A stretch of 61,873 nt of DNA, filler included, from Asterionella formosa (Eukaryota), in NCBI GenBank assembly GCA_002256025.1. It is 8 parts of 8 records of this genome, joined end to end, with 100 filler letters (N's around TTAATTAATTAA, not from the genome) between each part and the next. Parts side by side here need not be neighbours in the genome. Positions count along the whole stretch, not along the records: positions 1 to 7,664 come from NKIB01012408.1; positions 7,765 to 15,425 come from NKIB01012409.1; 6 more parts are not named here. The stretch is one strand, 5' to 3'. Within the stretch, counting starts at the first letter, position 1; every line of letters starts with the position of its first letter. The notes under the pieces were generated by a model. That model had not been told where the DNA came from. It made no database searches and saw only the letters and a list, made by a program, of their open reading frames with translations. This document shows positions 1-12,625 of this stretch, piece after piece. The translations under genes were made by a program, and so were the position numbers.

Positions 1-1337
1 TAATTTTCTAAAATGTTGCTCTACGCAAGTCTCGTCTAGTATGTGGGATATTGAAACACATGAATAAATTTCGAAGTTTTGTATTTTCAGCGAAGATCAA
101 ATATTATGTGTGGGTGAAAAAGTTTACGAAAACGTATATAATACATAAAATTCATTTGTTTTCCACTATCAGGTTTGCTTGACCCAAATGGACCGGAGCG
201 CTCTTATTGTGGACACATGATAAAATTTTAAGGATGTTCAATTGATAGAAAATTGAACCGAATGGTCATCGTTCAGATTTGACCCGAATTTCAGAATAGT
301 GTTGGCCTTTTCAACGGAAATAGTGGTAGTTAACTTCAACGGCTTGACACGGTGAAAACGCTTACCGGTACATACGTTGTGAGACTTTGCTCCTTGGGAT
401 ATATATACATAACATGTACCACGTCCGAGGACAACAGCCCGAAAGAGAAATAATCGAGGATGGACAGATAACGCATGGAAGAATTTTGTGAGGATGTCCC
501 CCCTTAGTGGTTGTGCCACAAGCTTTGGAGGGGATTGTCGCTCATTGACATGTTTTCACGAAAATAAACTGCAAGCAATTATGAAGTAATAGCTGGCTAC
601 ATTATGGAGGAGTTCCAAAATTATATTACCTGGTACCGGTACTACAGTAGTGACTTATGCACAGAAAGTTTGCTTTGTGACTAGCAGTACCGGTAATTAA
701 TAAATACCTGGAGTATCCTCTACCCTGCCTGTGGAGGGTCCGATAAAAACACTTATTTTACCTTTGAAACGATTCAGCTAAAGCCAATATCTCAATTACC
801 GGACCTTCCCTGGTACCAGCACCAGCTACCAGGGTAAGTGACCAGATCATTCCCCCACCCCGAACAATGATTTCATCCAAACGATGTACGGTACTGGTAC
901 CTAGTAGCCGTTTGCTTGCAAGCAACACCGGCCTGCGAAGGAAAAACTAGAGTAATAAATATACACATAAAAAGAATGAGCCAAATATTTAAGTGCAAAT
1001 CATTTCTTCAGCGATCGACGAGAAAATCTGAAAAATGTCCATAGTTAATTATTATTTTGTGTAGAATTTATTTTTTAATCCCGAATCAGCTGTTACGCGG
1101 TACCTGTATTGTAGTCCGGTTTGATTTGGAGGCTTTGGTTTAATATCGCTTATCATGAAGACAAGTACAAGGTGTACCAGCACTGGCAATTTAGATACGA
1201 TTGTACGGTGATTCGTGCGACATGGACAAAGTTTTGGATTCAAGAGTAGGACCACCCAAGGCGATCCGACAACAAGCGGAGACAGGATGCTATGCCATCC
1301 TTGAACCACAAGGCCAACAAACCCTCTTGTCGAATGC

Positions 1338-1562
1338 ATACCGGTACAGGTACCGGTAGTCTAGGTGGTACCCCTGGTAGCACTTGGTGCATGGTACCTG
1401 GTACATGTACCAGGTACTGATACAAGGGTGCCTAGTACCAGGTACCAGGGGTGGTACCACCAGGTACCTGGTACTCTGAAAGGTGGTCCACGCCTCCTCA
1501 TTTTGACGAAACTCCGATTTTGCGTGGGATTAAAATGTTGGTACCTGGTACCACCAGGGTAC
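1338..1562. repeat. GGTACC/(CCTGGTA)n-rich palindromic low-complexity tract
   Basis: Dense GTAC and CCTGGTA/TACCAGG units, including the perfect 24-bp palindrome GTACCTGGTACATGTACCAGGTAC at 1394-1417. Confidence 0.85.
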
Positions 1563-1751
1563 ATCAGTCGTATAACCTGTACCTTTCGTGCACAATGAAT
1601 TTTGACCTAGACAATGGCCTGACATCTCTGCGTTCAAGGTGACTCGAATAGTGGGTATCACCTGTGGAAGATTTTTCAATTTGTTTACATCACATTTCCT
1701 GTAAATTCCTTATTCTTACGCAGCCAGGACTAGGCCTATCTAGCACTACCA

Positions 1752-3396
1752 AGCAGAGAAATATTAGAACGTGCCCCAGGTAAGCTAAGTCATTCAATGG
1801 TGAACAGGCACAGTATGGTGGAAATATTTATGACCCATACATACCGGTATGAATGTTGAACAACCCATGCATGGATTTATACCGGGCACCCAACAGCTAC
1901 CGGAACCTGGCTGGTACCTGGTACCTTGTACCCGACAGCAGTAAAACCAACAGGGTATGAAATTTATTATATATCAGACAAAAGTAGAATATTATTTGGT
2001 AAATAGTTTCTCTGTGTCTGGCGGCATATGGTATCATCGTGATTGTGTCAATAGGTGTTTTAAATTTGGCTTACTAGTTTATCAGACCATACCACTCTCA
2101 TGTACCCCCGCTCCTTGGAACACAATACCCCTGCGAAGGGCTCGCCCCCTACAGTCGTGGCGCCTGTTGACAGAACAAATCGTCAGCCATTGAACGCCAC
2201 ACAAGTAAAGTTGACCATTGAATGTTTTTTGCTTGCATACAGTTGCTCTTGGCCATTGAATGCCTTTTGGACTGTCCCCTGCACTCGATCCCAGTGTGAA
2301 TCGACCTGCAAATGCACTCCCCACCACTTTCCAAACAGAGGTTTTGACTGATTCTGGCCCCTTACACAGACACCTTGCTCGGTATGAGTTTTAACAGACA
2401 CTCACGACGCCCATAAGAGTTTAAAACGAGGAACTCATTACACCCATAAGAGTCTAACAAGGGGTAGCACTCACTCATCCTTCTCCTTGACCTTCTCTCT
2501 CATTTAACACCTGGCCTTACCATACACCCCATCTCCTGGCTGCATCCTCCTTTCACTGTTTGCCTCCACATCTATTAGCCACCTTCCTGTGTTGCCACAC
2601 CCCAGCATGTCTCCCCATCTACCAAGCATTGTCAACCCTGGCTTGCCGATTCTCTTAAATGGTGTGGGGGGGGATAATCCTGCTGGATCTAGTCTGCACA
2701 GATGCTCACAGCACCAACAGAAGTACCATAACATGGGGTGTTTATCTATTATTTACTCTCCCAACAACCAAGGACTTCTTTTGCCAGCATGTACAAGAAC
2801 CCTACACTATGATGAGAGGGAGACTGTGTTCTTGGATGTCTTTCTTCTTTTCATCAGCCACTGGTCACTGGAACACTGCAGATAGGGGAGATATGTCCCA
2901 TGGCATCAGAATAGCAGAAAGGGGAGCTTATTGCATCACAGAAATCAGGCAAATGAATTGATGAGAAACTTCTCCATATTTGTTCAAATTTCAGATTGAT
3001 TCCACAGCAAACCTGGGAAATCTTGTGACAACCACCATACATTAATTAACAGCTTGAATGAAGCGGAGTAGCAGAGAAATATTACAACGTGCCCCAGGTA
3101 AGCAAAGTCATTCAATAGTGAACAGGCACAGTATGGTGGAAATATGTATCACCAATACATATGTATGTTGAACAACCCATGCATGGATTTATACTACTGG
3201 GCAGCCAACAGCTACCTGGCTGGTACCTGGTACCTGGTACCAGACAGCAGTAAAACCAACAGGGTATGAAATTAATTATATAGCACACAATAGTAGAATA
3301 TTAATTGATATTATTTGATAATCAGTTTCTCTGTGTCCAGCGGCATATGGTATCATCGTGATTGTGTCAACAGGTGTTTTATATTTTTGCTTACTA
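1752..3396 (+). repeat. ~325-bp diverged direct repeat (1752-2076 and 3070-3396) flanking ~1 kb
   Basis: Both copies run AGCAGAGAAATATTA.AACGTGCCCCAGGTAAGC...GGCATATGGTATCATCGTGATTGTGTCAA...GCTTACTA with scattered substitutions and indels. Confidence 0.9.
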
Positions 3397-5078
3397 CTAC
3401 CCATCAAAAACCACTATGACTATGCATTTGTATATTAATGTTCTAGAATAGTAAAGCCCTTCCATTTTCCAGGTTGGTTTACGCTAAGTGATTGCTTACT
3501 ATTCAACAATATAGGCATGGCATAACTTCACTTAATGTTTATCAAGTTTAGGCAAAATATTGCTTAATGTTTTGCTTAAAATAGAGCCCATTTGCTTAAA
3601 TTTAAATAGTCTTTATAGTCTTTCATCACTTTAACCCAAAATGAATATCTGTCATAATTTTTTCCAGTCGTTGATTTCGGTTCATGGGGCCCAACAAACA
3701 GAATTATCTAAATTTTGTTTCCCAATGACTGCTGCGGCAGGAAAATCTGTCATTCTAGGAATGAATAACACAAAGAAGCAAAGCAAATTACAACAAGCAA
3801 CTTGCTGGTACCATATAACTAAATGGGTAAAAAGGAGGACAGGGGAAGGTTTTTTTGGAATCTATTGCAACCATACAGCACCAGAAATGAAACCCCTGTC
3901 CCCCAACAAACCAATATTCAGACTAACCCCTAGTCCATATCTTCTCCATCGTCTCCATCTAAGTCAGCTAAGAAAATCCTTGCCAATTCGATTTTCTCCC
4001 CACTTGCTTCTAGTTGCTCTGGTTATAATCATTCTCAATCGAGTGCTGCTCTCCCTATATGCAGAATGTCATAATCATTGCCTCCATACCTAGTATTTAT
4101 GACCTGCTCCTCCAGAGTCCCCTACAAAATAGGAAATAAACAATTCAATTTTTTTATCCATGTCATGACTAGCTAGCCCCCTCCAATGAATTCCACTGTC
4201 CATCTTGAAGTGCTCAAAAGAAACTGAGATCATTTGTATTCAGACTGGGTGAGTTCACAAAAAGTCACGCTGTCAGCTTGAGAATCCATCCACAATAGCT
4301 GTATCTATGAGGGAACATTGCATAAAGTTCTGTTTTATACTGCTAGATTCGTTGTTATTGTTGTTCCAGCTGGTCGATTTATTGAATTCCTAGTCCGCCA
4401 GAGTCTACTTGATGGACATGGATCAGGAAGAATGTCCCAGCAATTGACTGTTGGTCAATTGTACTGATTTGTGAGCCAGCAATCATTGCTGGATCACAAA
4501 TCTGCTCTGAACAGATTGGACATGTTCAGGGAGTAGGGTAACAATGTGGGGTTGGGGTAGCAGCAGGGGGGTAGTAGCTAGACTTAAAAAAAGATTTGGT
4601 CTGTTCCATGTAGTGTTGACATCAAACAATTGACCAACATTTCCATTCGTGAGAAGGACAACTCTCTTTCATGACATGTAGTAGATATAGCTTCTATCAA
4701 TATAAATAGCGCATTGACAGCGTCTTGTTACTTGATTAGCAATAAAGAAATCTTCCTTAGCTATCATTCTGGATGAGATTTGTTGGCCTGAACAAATAGC
4801 AAGGGATTCACATTGTAAAGTCCATAGTGATTTCAGCCATCAAAGAGAGGGACTTGAAAGCTGGCTAAATTAGTTGACTATCAGAACAAATTTAAAAATA
4901 AAATAGTAGCATCTCAATACAAAAAAGCTACATGATGTTCCAATAGGAAACATAGGAGAACATAAATCTTACCCATGCCAGCAAGTCCTCCATGTGTGTA
5001 TATTAAAAATGACTTGTCCAGATTCTGACATCGCCCATTTTCTCCTTGTGTGTTACCAGGAAACACATTTGATGAGAA

Positions 5079-6758
5079 TTAGACATCTGCGCCATTTTTC
5101 GCAATGGCTTTGGTCAGCAAGACTTGTACCAAACCCATCCCGGAGACTACTGTATATACACGCAATAAACACTGGGGCAGTTAAGGGCCCTCCCAGCACA
5201 AAAATAAAGCTGGACAGGATGGTAAATGTAAAAATTCCTGGTAAGATGGATGTGGCAACAGCGACAAGACAACAAGGGACTGTCACAAGGGCTAGGATTT
5301 CTGGAATGATCAAATTGATTGCCGATCCAACACAGGCTCCAGAAAAAATTAGTGGAAAGAAAGGACCCCCAATAAATCCGAATCCAATACAGACACTCAT
5401 TGATAACAGCTTGAGCAGCCCAGATACAATGATTGTTTCTTTCCCAAGCTCTTTTCCATTTGTAATTATCAAAATCATCTGTTCAGAGCCATCCGAAAGA
5501 TTCAGAGGCGCCGCGACAACCAACAATCCATGGACCACTCCACCAATCATTGGAGTCAATAGTTTACCCAGGACATTTGGACCAAGCCCCATTCTCTCCC
5601 CCAGATCATTCAACTTTGTGCTGACCAAGGCACCCACCACCTTACTAACCGCAAGGAATAGAAATCCGACAAAGCCAACCAGACCACAAAAACACCCCAT
5701 TCCTGCGGCGTACACTAATAAGCGAGTTTGAATGATGGGTAGTACATCATATGCGGCTGCCGGTAGCACAGTGATATCCAGAAGAGTGCGATCTTCAAAG
5801 CCGGTGAAGAGTGCATAAGAAAATGTCGCAGAGATACCCGTACGCGCCAGAGTCTCGACTAAGGAGAATCGACCTCGGTGTCCCCAGTGACCACCCAACT
5901 CAAAAAGCAGGAGCGGTGACAGCAACTGATTGGGGAAAATGGCGCCAAAGGCGGCTGCCATGCCATCTAGTACGCACATGGATTTGTCTCGCGAAAAGTC
6001 GGGCAAAAGGTATGACAGGAATCCATGCTTTTCTCTTTCGTCGCTCGTTTCTCCGTTTCGCTCATCGTCGTCCACGAGGATTGGTCCTGACTGGGATGGT
6101 CCACCCCTCCGCCATCGACACCCCATTGTGCATCCTAGTGCTGTCCCCATGGCACCAAGTGCTACTTCGGGCCCCACAGATGCACCCATTACAATCGAAA
6201 TAGCAGAAGCAATCATCATTCCCAAGGGCAAAAACCTGTCCTCAATTGTAAGGTTCGATAATTCTTCCAAAAAACCCGGAATGTTTTCTTTGAATTCGTG
6301 GTTCGGCAAAAGCTTGGTCCAAACGACTTTCAAGAGACCAACGGCCAAGCCCGCACCAGCCAACAGTCCCACCCACCACCATTCACCTCGTCCTATTTTG
6401 AGTGGGTTTAAAGTTTGCGAATCGTTTATATTATCATCAGTCGATGATGGTGTATAATCAATCGCCTCTTGGTAGCTCCCCTGGAGAAACGTCGCGTATT
6501 GAAAAAAGCCAATGCCACTGCACCCATGATAATCCCTTGTAGACTTGATGAAAATACGAGGGCCTGCCAATAGAACCAGCCTTGCGCATAGGCGGGTCCC
6601 ATGGCGTTTAGAGTTATTTGCGCTTGTTCGACTTTTTCGGCGCGTTGGGTTCATGCGGCGGCAGCTTTGACAGAGGCGGATCGGGCAGGGATACCCCAAA
6701 CAGCGTTACCGCTATCATTCTCCTCCTCATGATTACTATCATTATCGAAATCCCGCAT
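5079..6758 (-). pseudogene. CLC-family (voltage-gated chloride channel/H+-Cl- exchanger-like) membrane protein, disrupted
   Basis: ORF 5053-6699 has many TM helices and CLC-like motifs GASVGPEVA and GFIGGPFFP. A plausible N-terminus (ATG 6758, MRDFDND...AAAA*TQRAEK...GAVALAFFN) lies in another frame, with a TGA at 6651-6653 and a frame change near 6495. A plausible C-terminus (TVVSGMGLVQVLLTKAIAKNGADV*, stop 5079-5081) needs a second frame change near 5155. Confidence 0.75.
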
Positions 6759-6808
6759 ATTCGGCTTGTGTTTGCGGCGTTTGTCAATTCTATAAAGCGA
6801 ACTGCTTT

Positions 6809-7664
6809 TGTCAAGATTTAGTACTGCGTGCATATTAGGTCAGTCGAACTAATCAATCTTGAATAATATTCCAGCCAAAATCCCGTATTGAAATGCTGTG
6901 AGAATTTGAACAGCATTGATTGTCAAGAAATTAAATGCACAAAACGCGGTGACATCAAGCTCACCAACGGAGAGAAGACTATGACATTGAAGGATGTCCT
7001 GTACACGCCTAAGTTTCACAAGAACATCGTCAGTTTGGGTGTCCTAATCCGCGACGGTTTTGACCTTTCAGTCACAGGGTCTACAGTGACAGTTAAGAAA
7101 GGTCGTGGAGGACATATTTCATTTAACAGAGAGACCAATGGAGTTCTCTATTATTTTAAAGGAAACCGCGCGAGTTATGCCGATGTCGAATCCATGGTTA
7201 TTGCCCCATTGCCCCAGGGGGCCGATAGTACCAAAAACTTGTCTACAAACACCCATACAGTTATGAGTGGGGAGGACAAAATGAAGTCACAGGATATCAA
7301 CGAGGCACACGACATCTACGGGCATATTGGGGAAGCCGCACTACGTGCTACGTTCAAAGCACTGAAGATAGAACTTACTGGTACCCTCCGGTCATGTGAC
7401 GGATGCTCTAAGGCAAAGGCGAAAGCAAAGGCAGTTTCAAAAGTGTCGACTGTACAGGCTGTACTACCCGGTGAACGGATTTTCGTGGACACTTCAGGGC
7501 CGTACAAAAAGTCCATTGTGGGAAGCAATTACTGGATACTTGTTGTCGATCAATTCTCTGGAAAGTCATGGAGTTTTTTTTGTTAAGAAGAAGAATTTAC
7601 TATCCAAAATTGTGGACGAGCTACTTATCAAGCTATTTGCAGCAAAATATGTCATCAAATATCT
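6809..7664 (+). mobile_element. Ty1/Copia retrotransposon fragment: partial LTR (6809-6929) fused to protease-region/GAG-pre-integrase/integrase coding sequence
   Basis: LTR starts TGTCAAGATTTAG and matches 37319 and 47330(-). Protein motifs LKDVLYTPKFHKNIVSLG, HDIYGH...CDGC and RIFVDTSGP...YWILVVDQFS. Frameshift at the poly-T near 7574-7581; runs into the gap. Confidence 0.9.
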
Positions 7665-7764
7665 NNNNNNNNNNNNNNNNNNNNNNNNNNNNNNNNNNNN
7701 NNNNNNNNTTAATTAATTAANNNNNNNNNNNNNNNNNNNNNNNNNNNNNNNNNNNNNNNNNNNN
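7665..7764. other. Artificial contig spacer (N44-TTAATTAATTAA-N44); identical spacers at 15426-15525, 23184-23283, 30929-31028, 38669-38768, 46406-46505, 54143-54242
   Basis: Same 100-nt spacer with stops in all six frames. Intervening contigs are 7664, 7661, 7658, 7645, 7640, 7637, 7637 and 7631 nt, i.e. length-sorted. Confidence 0.98.
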
Positions 7765-7765
7765 C

Positions 7766-8548
7766 AGTGAGTACTCCTTTGAAAATGCTTTAAGGAAACT
7801 ACAGGAGACTGATATGATACATACAACGCCCACGTTTGGTTGGATATGGCATGCTCTGTTCAAGCCTTCTCCAGGTCTTGAAAGATACCTTGAATCAAGC
7901 AGAAACGCCATGAATTTGACCAAGGGTGGGTACACCGCAATACATATACGATTGCATTATCCAACTTTGACTGAAGAAGCCAAGGAAAATGGTCTGAAAC
8001 TGAAATCCCTTGATGATCCAGAGAAGTTCAAGAAATATGGGTTTGACAAAGGTGATAGTGGTATTGTTTTCAAGGGAGACGGAAAGAAGTTCGCTGTTGA
8101 CATTGGGCTTCATGCAGTTCAATGTGCAAGAAAATTGACCCAAGGGAGTGCAGAACCCTTGTATTTAATGTCCGATGCCAATTATTTGGCAGCATACCTT
8201 GGTAAACATAGTGGTGCTGGCAGCCAAAAAAGGTTATCTAGCAAATTTCAAATTGATCAACATGTCAACAAAATGCTTTCCAAGGTCACCATAGTGACTC
8301 GACATGACATACATAGGAGAAATTATCACATTGATGGACACATGGGCAATGCTACAGATTTTTTTCCAGTTTTTGCTGACTTATACCTTGGAATGGAGGC
8401 ACGATGTATTACCTTTGGGTATGGAGGTTTTGGACGATTTGCAAGGCAACTAACTAACAACACATGCTACTCACAACACCAGCTTTATATTTATAAGGGA
8501 GCTTGGTATAAAGGGCATTCTCTCAATGACAAAACCCATGTGTGTTAG
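7766..8548 (+). CDS. 5'-truncated putative fucosyltransferase-like (GT-B, FUT8/NodZ/O-FucT-type) protein
   Basis: Frame is open from the contig edge. Motifs YTAIHIR, LYLMSD and FADLYLGMEARCITFGYGGFGRFA resemble fucosyltransferase motifs I-III. Confidence 0.55.
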   Translation, partial: SEYSFENALRKLQETDMIHTTPTFGWIWHALFKPSPGLERYLESSRNAMNLTKGGYTAIHIRLHYPTLTEEAKENGLKLKSLDDPEKFKKYGFDKGDSGIVFKGDGKKFAVDIGLHAVQCARKLTQGSAEPLYLMSDANYLAAYLGKHSGAGSQKRLSSKFQIDQHVNKMLSKVTIVTRHDIHRRNYHIDGHMGNATDFFPVFADLYLGMEARCITFGYGGFGRFARQLTNNTCYSQHQLYIYKGAWYKGHSLNDKTHVC

Positions 8549-11500
8549 CAGTGTAAAAGGCTTTAATCCTTGTTCATTTAAAGAATATCGTCTTGATATG
8601 TATAGTGCTGGCTAATGAATGATCTTATATATACTCCTGCTAGTAAAGATCTTGGTATACCAGTAGGTGGTTGGAGCTTGCAGTCCTTTTTATTGCAAAT
8701 AAGAATGGAAATAGTCCAGAATGTTCCTAAAAAAATGTAAAAATTAATGAGATAGATTGGACTATAAAAAATGCCTTTGTATGCTGACCTTATTTTAGTC
8801 AGGTTAAGTTTTATAATAATGGGAAGTTATTTACACACACTGCTTCTTCCAAAATCTTCTGACATTGCTTGTCATTGATAAACAAGAAGAGCTCATTCAC
8901 ATAACGGTAGTAGCAAATGAATTTAAGATTTAAAAATTGACTTATCAATTTTACTTTTGATTTCATTGCAATGGCAACAATTGAAGTTCAGTTGAATTTA
9001 ATTTACCATTATTAAATGATATTTCAATAAATACTGCTGGACTTAATAGTTTTATAGTTCTCTATCAACACGACTGCAGGACATCCAGATAGTACCTTCC
9101 ACCCTAACACTGCCTAATTGCATTTGCAAGTAGAAAACATCATGTTCATTTGATGCATCTTACGATGATGATCATTTGATATTATTATACAAATATATCA
9201 TCTAATAAGTACGATAACTATCGTCGTAAATTACATAGTAACTGTTTCGACAATGTATATTCAATTACTATTATGTGTCTTTTTCTATTACTATGTTCAT
9301 TTATTTAAGTTTCCTCGTAGGATGATGCACCAGCAAAAGCTAGTGCAGTGTGTTATGTAACTTTTTTCATCATCACCAGTCGCTCAAAGAATGAAGAATT
9401 GATTTGGAAAGGGTTTTTCTTCTCAGTTAATGTATATCGATTGCGGCTTCAGTGGAGCCTTTAAAAAATCACCATCAGTGTGTCAGATCAAACCGTTTTC
9501 TCTAGTAGTAATGAATGAACTGATGATCATTAAACAAGCACCGTCCCCTCATTCTTTGGTAGCCTAGTAGGGGTATCTTGCCATGGTTTTTGGAATCGGT
9601 CCACATTTTGGTTTTCAACAAAACTGCTTGAAAATTGCTTCATCCTGTCCAAACAATCATAACAGTTTGCTTTTTGTTGCCCTTTTGCACACTATAACTT
9701 TTTCTCGTCCTATTGGAAGAGTTGGTGAGGCCTCGAAGTTGTCAGGATGATATGCATTCTACCATCATACGGATTCATTTGTTTGTTATCACTATAATTT
9801 AATCCAGTATTCTAGACAACTGAGGAAGCAACCTTGTGACTCGTCTATATTTTAGATCGCTCTGTGGTAAATTTCACCCACCTTTAAGCATTCAACTCTT
9901 GCTTGAAGTATTCAACAATGAATTTTTTGTGAAAGGCTAAGGTCATGTCAGCCTTGCTTCTCGTGACCATTGACAAAGAAATGCTTTCTTTGAGTCTTAT
10001 CCTTGAAGCCAATTGCATTCATCCGCCTTCCAATTGTTGATATGAATAATATTGTTGTTTAATCGAAACATTGAAAGAAATGTATGTCGTTGTCAATTGA
10101 TTTACGAAGAGCAGCTTTTCAACTTTCATGGCATCTGAATGGGCTTCAAAGAATGTTGGGGGATTATCTTTATTGATTGTTGGTTCGCAAAATACGAGAC
10201 ATCTTGTGTATTGTATGCAAGCCTTCGATTCCATCGTCCAACGGACATCAATGTGGAGGATGCTTCAATGGTACCAAGATTATTCATCAATTTGATCGAT
10301 TATTCTAGACACTGTTGTCAGGTATTAAAAAAATAAAAGATAAATTTATAGTGCGTTAAAGCTATCCAATAATCGCACTTGTGCCCACATTTTCAATGGA
10401 AACATTTAATGCCGGTTTTGTTCATCTGGACAGTACAGCGACAGGACCTGTCTTTTCTTCAGCCGCACCCCCCCCCTTTTCAGGTACAACTTGTATCATG
10501 CTTTTCCTCCTTGTTTTAATTTTGAATCGATTTGCTCGTTGTGACACTTTATTCATCACTCATAACCGCCTGCTCTTTGTTGTGCACGCCTTGCATCTCA
10601 TAATACTCTCTTTGAAATAATGTTTTCCAGGAAACAAGAGACATTACGACTGTTCTTTGGAAAAATACAGGAGCACGCAACCCAGGCAAGTCTCAGCAAT
10701 GAAGGAGGGGTTGTCTGGGACACTTTTGACTTGACAGCACTTCACTCTGTAGAAGTCGACCACTGTGCTACTTTGAAGGACGATTTTGTTGGTTCTACAT
10801 GCCATCATTGAGGGGAAGCCTTTGTTCATACAGGTTGTCACTCAAAACGTCATTATGAGCATGTCAATGTGAATAAGTAAATTCATGCACTTAATCAGCA
10901 AGTCCAGCAACTGGTATCCAATAGCCATCCTCATCAACAGGAATTCATTCTACTTCGAAGACTTTTCTAGCTAATGACCACCAAAACTCATCATCTGAAG
11001 AAAGGAAGGATGAAACTACTTGTAGTACTTATGGATTGTATTCTAATATGTCTATTAGAATTTGTCGTATGTAAGCCTAAATAAATATTTAAGTGATTAT
11101 AATGTTCCTGTTGTTGTCATCCTGCACAACAACTTACCTAAAATCGATGAGAAAGACAAGGATTTGGAGTGGTTGCCTTCCACTTGTTATCTCAGTTTCA
11201 ATTGTGTGTTTTCTAAATGAGTGAGCTTAAACTAAATGTACTAATTTTGAAATATATTTTTGATTGAAATTTGGCAATGATGTTTCTGAAATAAATATTT
11301 TGTTGCTTGGAGGTGAAGCTGTAAACTACTAAATTACATCCTCTTCCTTGCTGTTATGTCAGTTTTCACAATGAACTTTGAATTAGTTGATGTTTCAAAT
11401 AATTCATTTCAAAGTTCAACTAATATCCTGTTCTCGTGGCTAATTCATTTACTACACGCATCTTTATTTGTGAAATAGTAAGGATATTTGTGGTGTCTTA

Positions 11501-12094
11501 TTTCAGGCATGGACAATCTTCAGTTTATAGTTGTGCACTTCACGTAAATAATATGAACTACTATAATGAACAGGACTTCTCTTCGAGGTTTTCATGTGAT
11601 GGTTCAGAATCATACAGTGATTTCCAAGACAAAACTAGTTGATGTTACAATTACATACATATTTTAAAAGTTCAAGATAAAATTGTTTTAGAGGATAAAT
11701 CATTGCGAAAGACAACTCAAGTAACGTATGGTACATATGCCGAGAAGGTATGAATCGGCCAAGAAATGACAGTGAAAAGAGTTTTCGCCATCCTCATGCA
11801 CCAAATTGACGCAACCATAAACATCGCCGCTGTAGGCTGAAGTAAGTGCGCATTGTCAATGTAAAATTGACAAATTGAACTCGCACCACTACACCAAAGC
11901 AACGCCGACTCGAGAGAGTGTCCTTCAGCGCTTATTAGAAGCAGCACTCATGGGACAATAGCTAACCAAGTTAAGTACTGGTACAAGCACCCCGAGTGTG
12001 TGTTGTTGTCTTGCATTGTGTCGTGCCTCAGTTGTTCTAACCCCTTGGCGCTTTTCCCCCAAATACTCCATCTGTACTCACGATTGGTAGATTG

Positions 12095-12625
12095 ATTATC
12101 ACAGCGAGGATTGCAGTCATCGGACGCACGCTTAGTCAAAGTGGCCCTGCTGCAGAATTCAAATCTTTCCATTCTCAAACCAGGTTACAAAAACTTGGGC
12201 AATGAAGGCATGTTTTAATACGTTGGCTGTCGGGATTTCAGCACACCGCGCTTTGGGATCATTGGATCTTGGATTCAACCGAGTTGGCGATGATGGGATT
12301 AAATCATAGGCACGGCTTTTGTTTGGATCTGCCTTGCATACGCTCTCCTACTTGGCAGGGAATCACATGTGGGAAGAAGGAGCCATGGCGTTGGCTGATG
12401 GGATCAAGAGAGGGTGCGCTGTGACCAAACTGTATTTGACTGGAAAACGGCTGATTAGGACCAGATGGAATGATTTCAGTAACAGAAGCTATTCTAGAAG
12501 ATGAACTGAGAAGGAGAAAACGTCATATGGTCACTCTGACACTCGAGGGATCCAAGAGCTCTTTGTAGGCGGAACAAGCATGGGACAGATGGGTTGCCAC
12601 GCAGTTGCTACAACAATGCTCTGAA
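12095..12625 (+). pseudogene. Ribonuclease-inhibitor-like LRR protein gene fragment
   Basis: Across frames: LSQRGLQSSDARLVKVALLQNSNLSILK, LGSLDLGFNRVGDDG, YLAGNHMWEEGAMALA, LYLTG, IQELFVGGTSMG. Contains stops and frameshifts. Confidence 0.7.

Noticed and set aside
3641..4093. 150-aa ORF
   Set aside because: Lies in CpG-depleted degenerate sequence with no recognisable domain; likely spurious.
4994..6457. Plus-strand ORFs of 245, 130 and 175 aa
   Set aside because: Antisense shadows of the CLC-like gene. The same applies to short ORFs opposite tubulin, the PT-repeat gene and the 1316-aa gene.
8900..11300. AT-rich region with broken minus-strand ORF fragments
   Set aside because: Probably decayed TE or other coding relic, but no diagnostic motif was recognisable.
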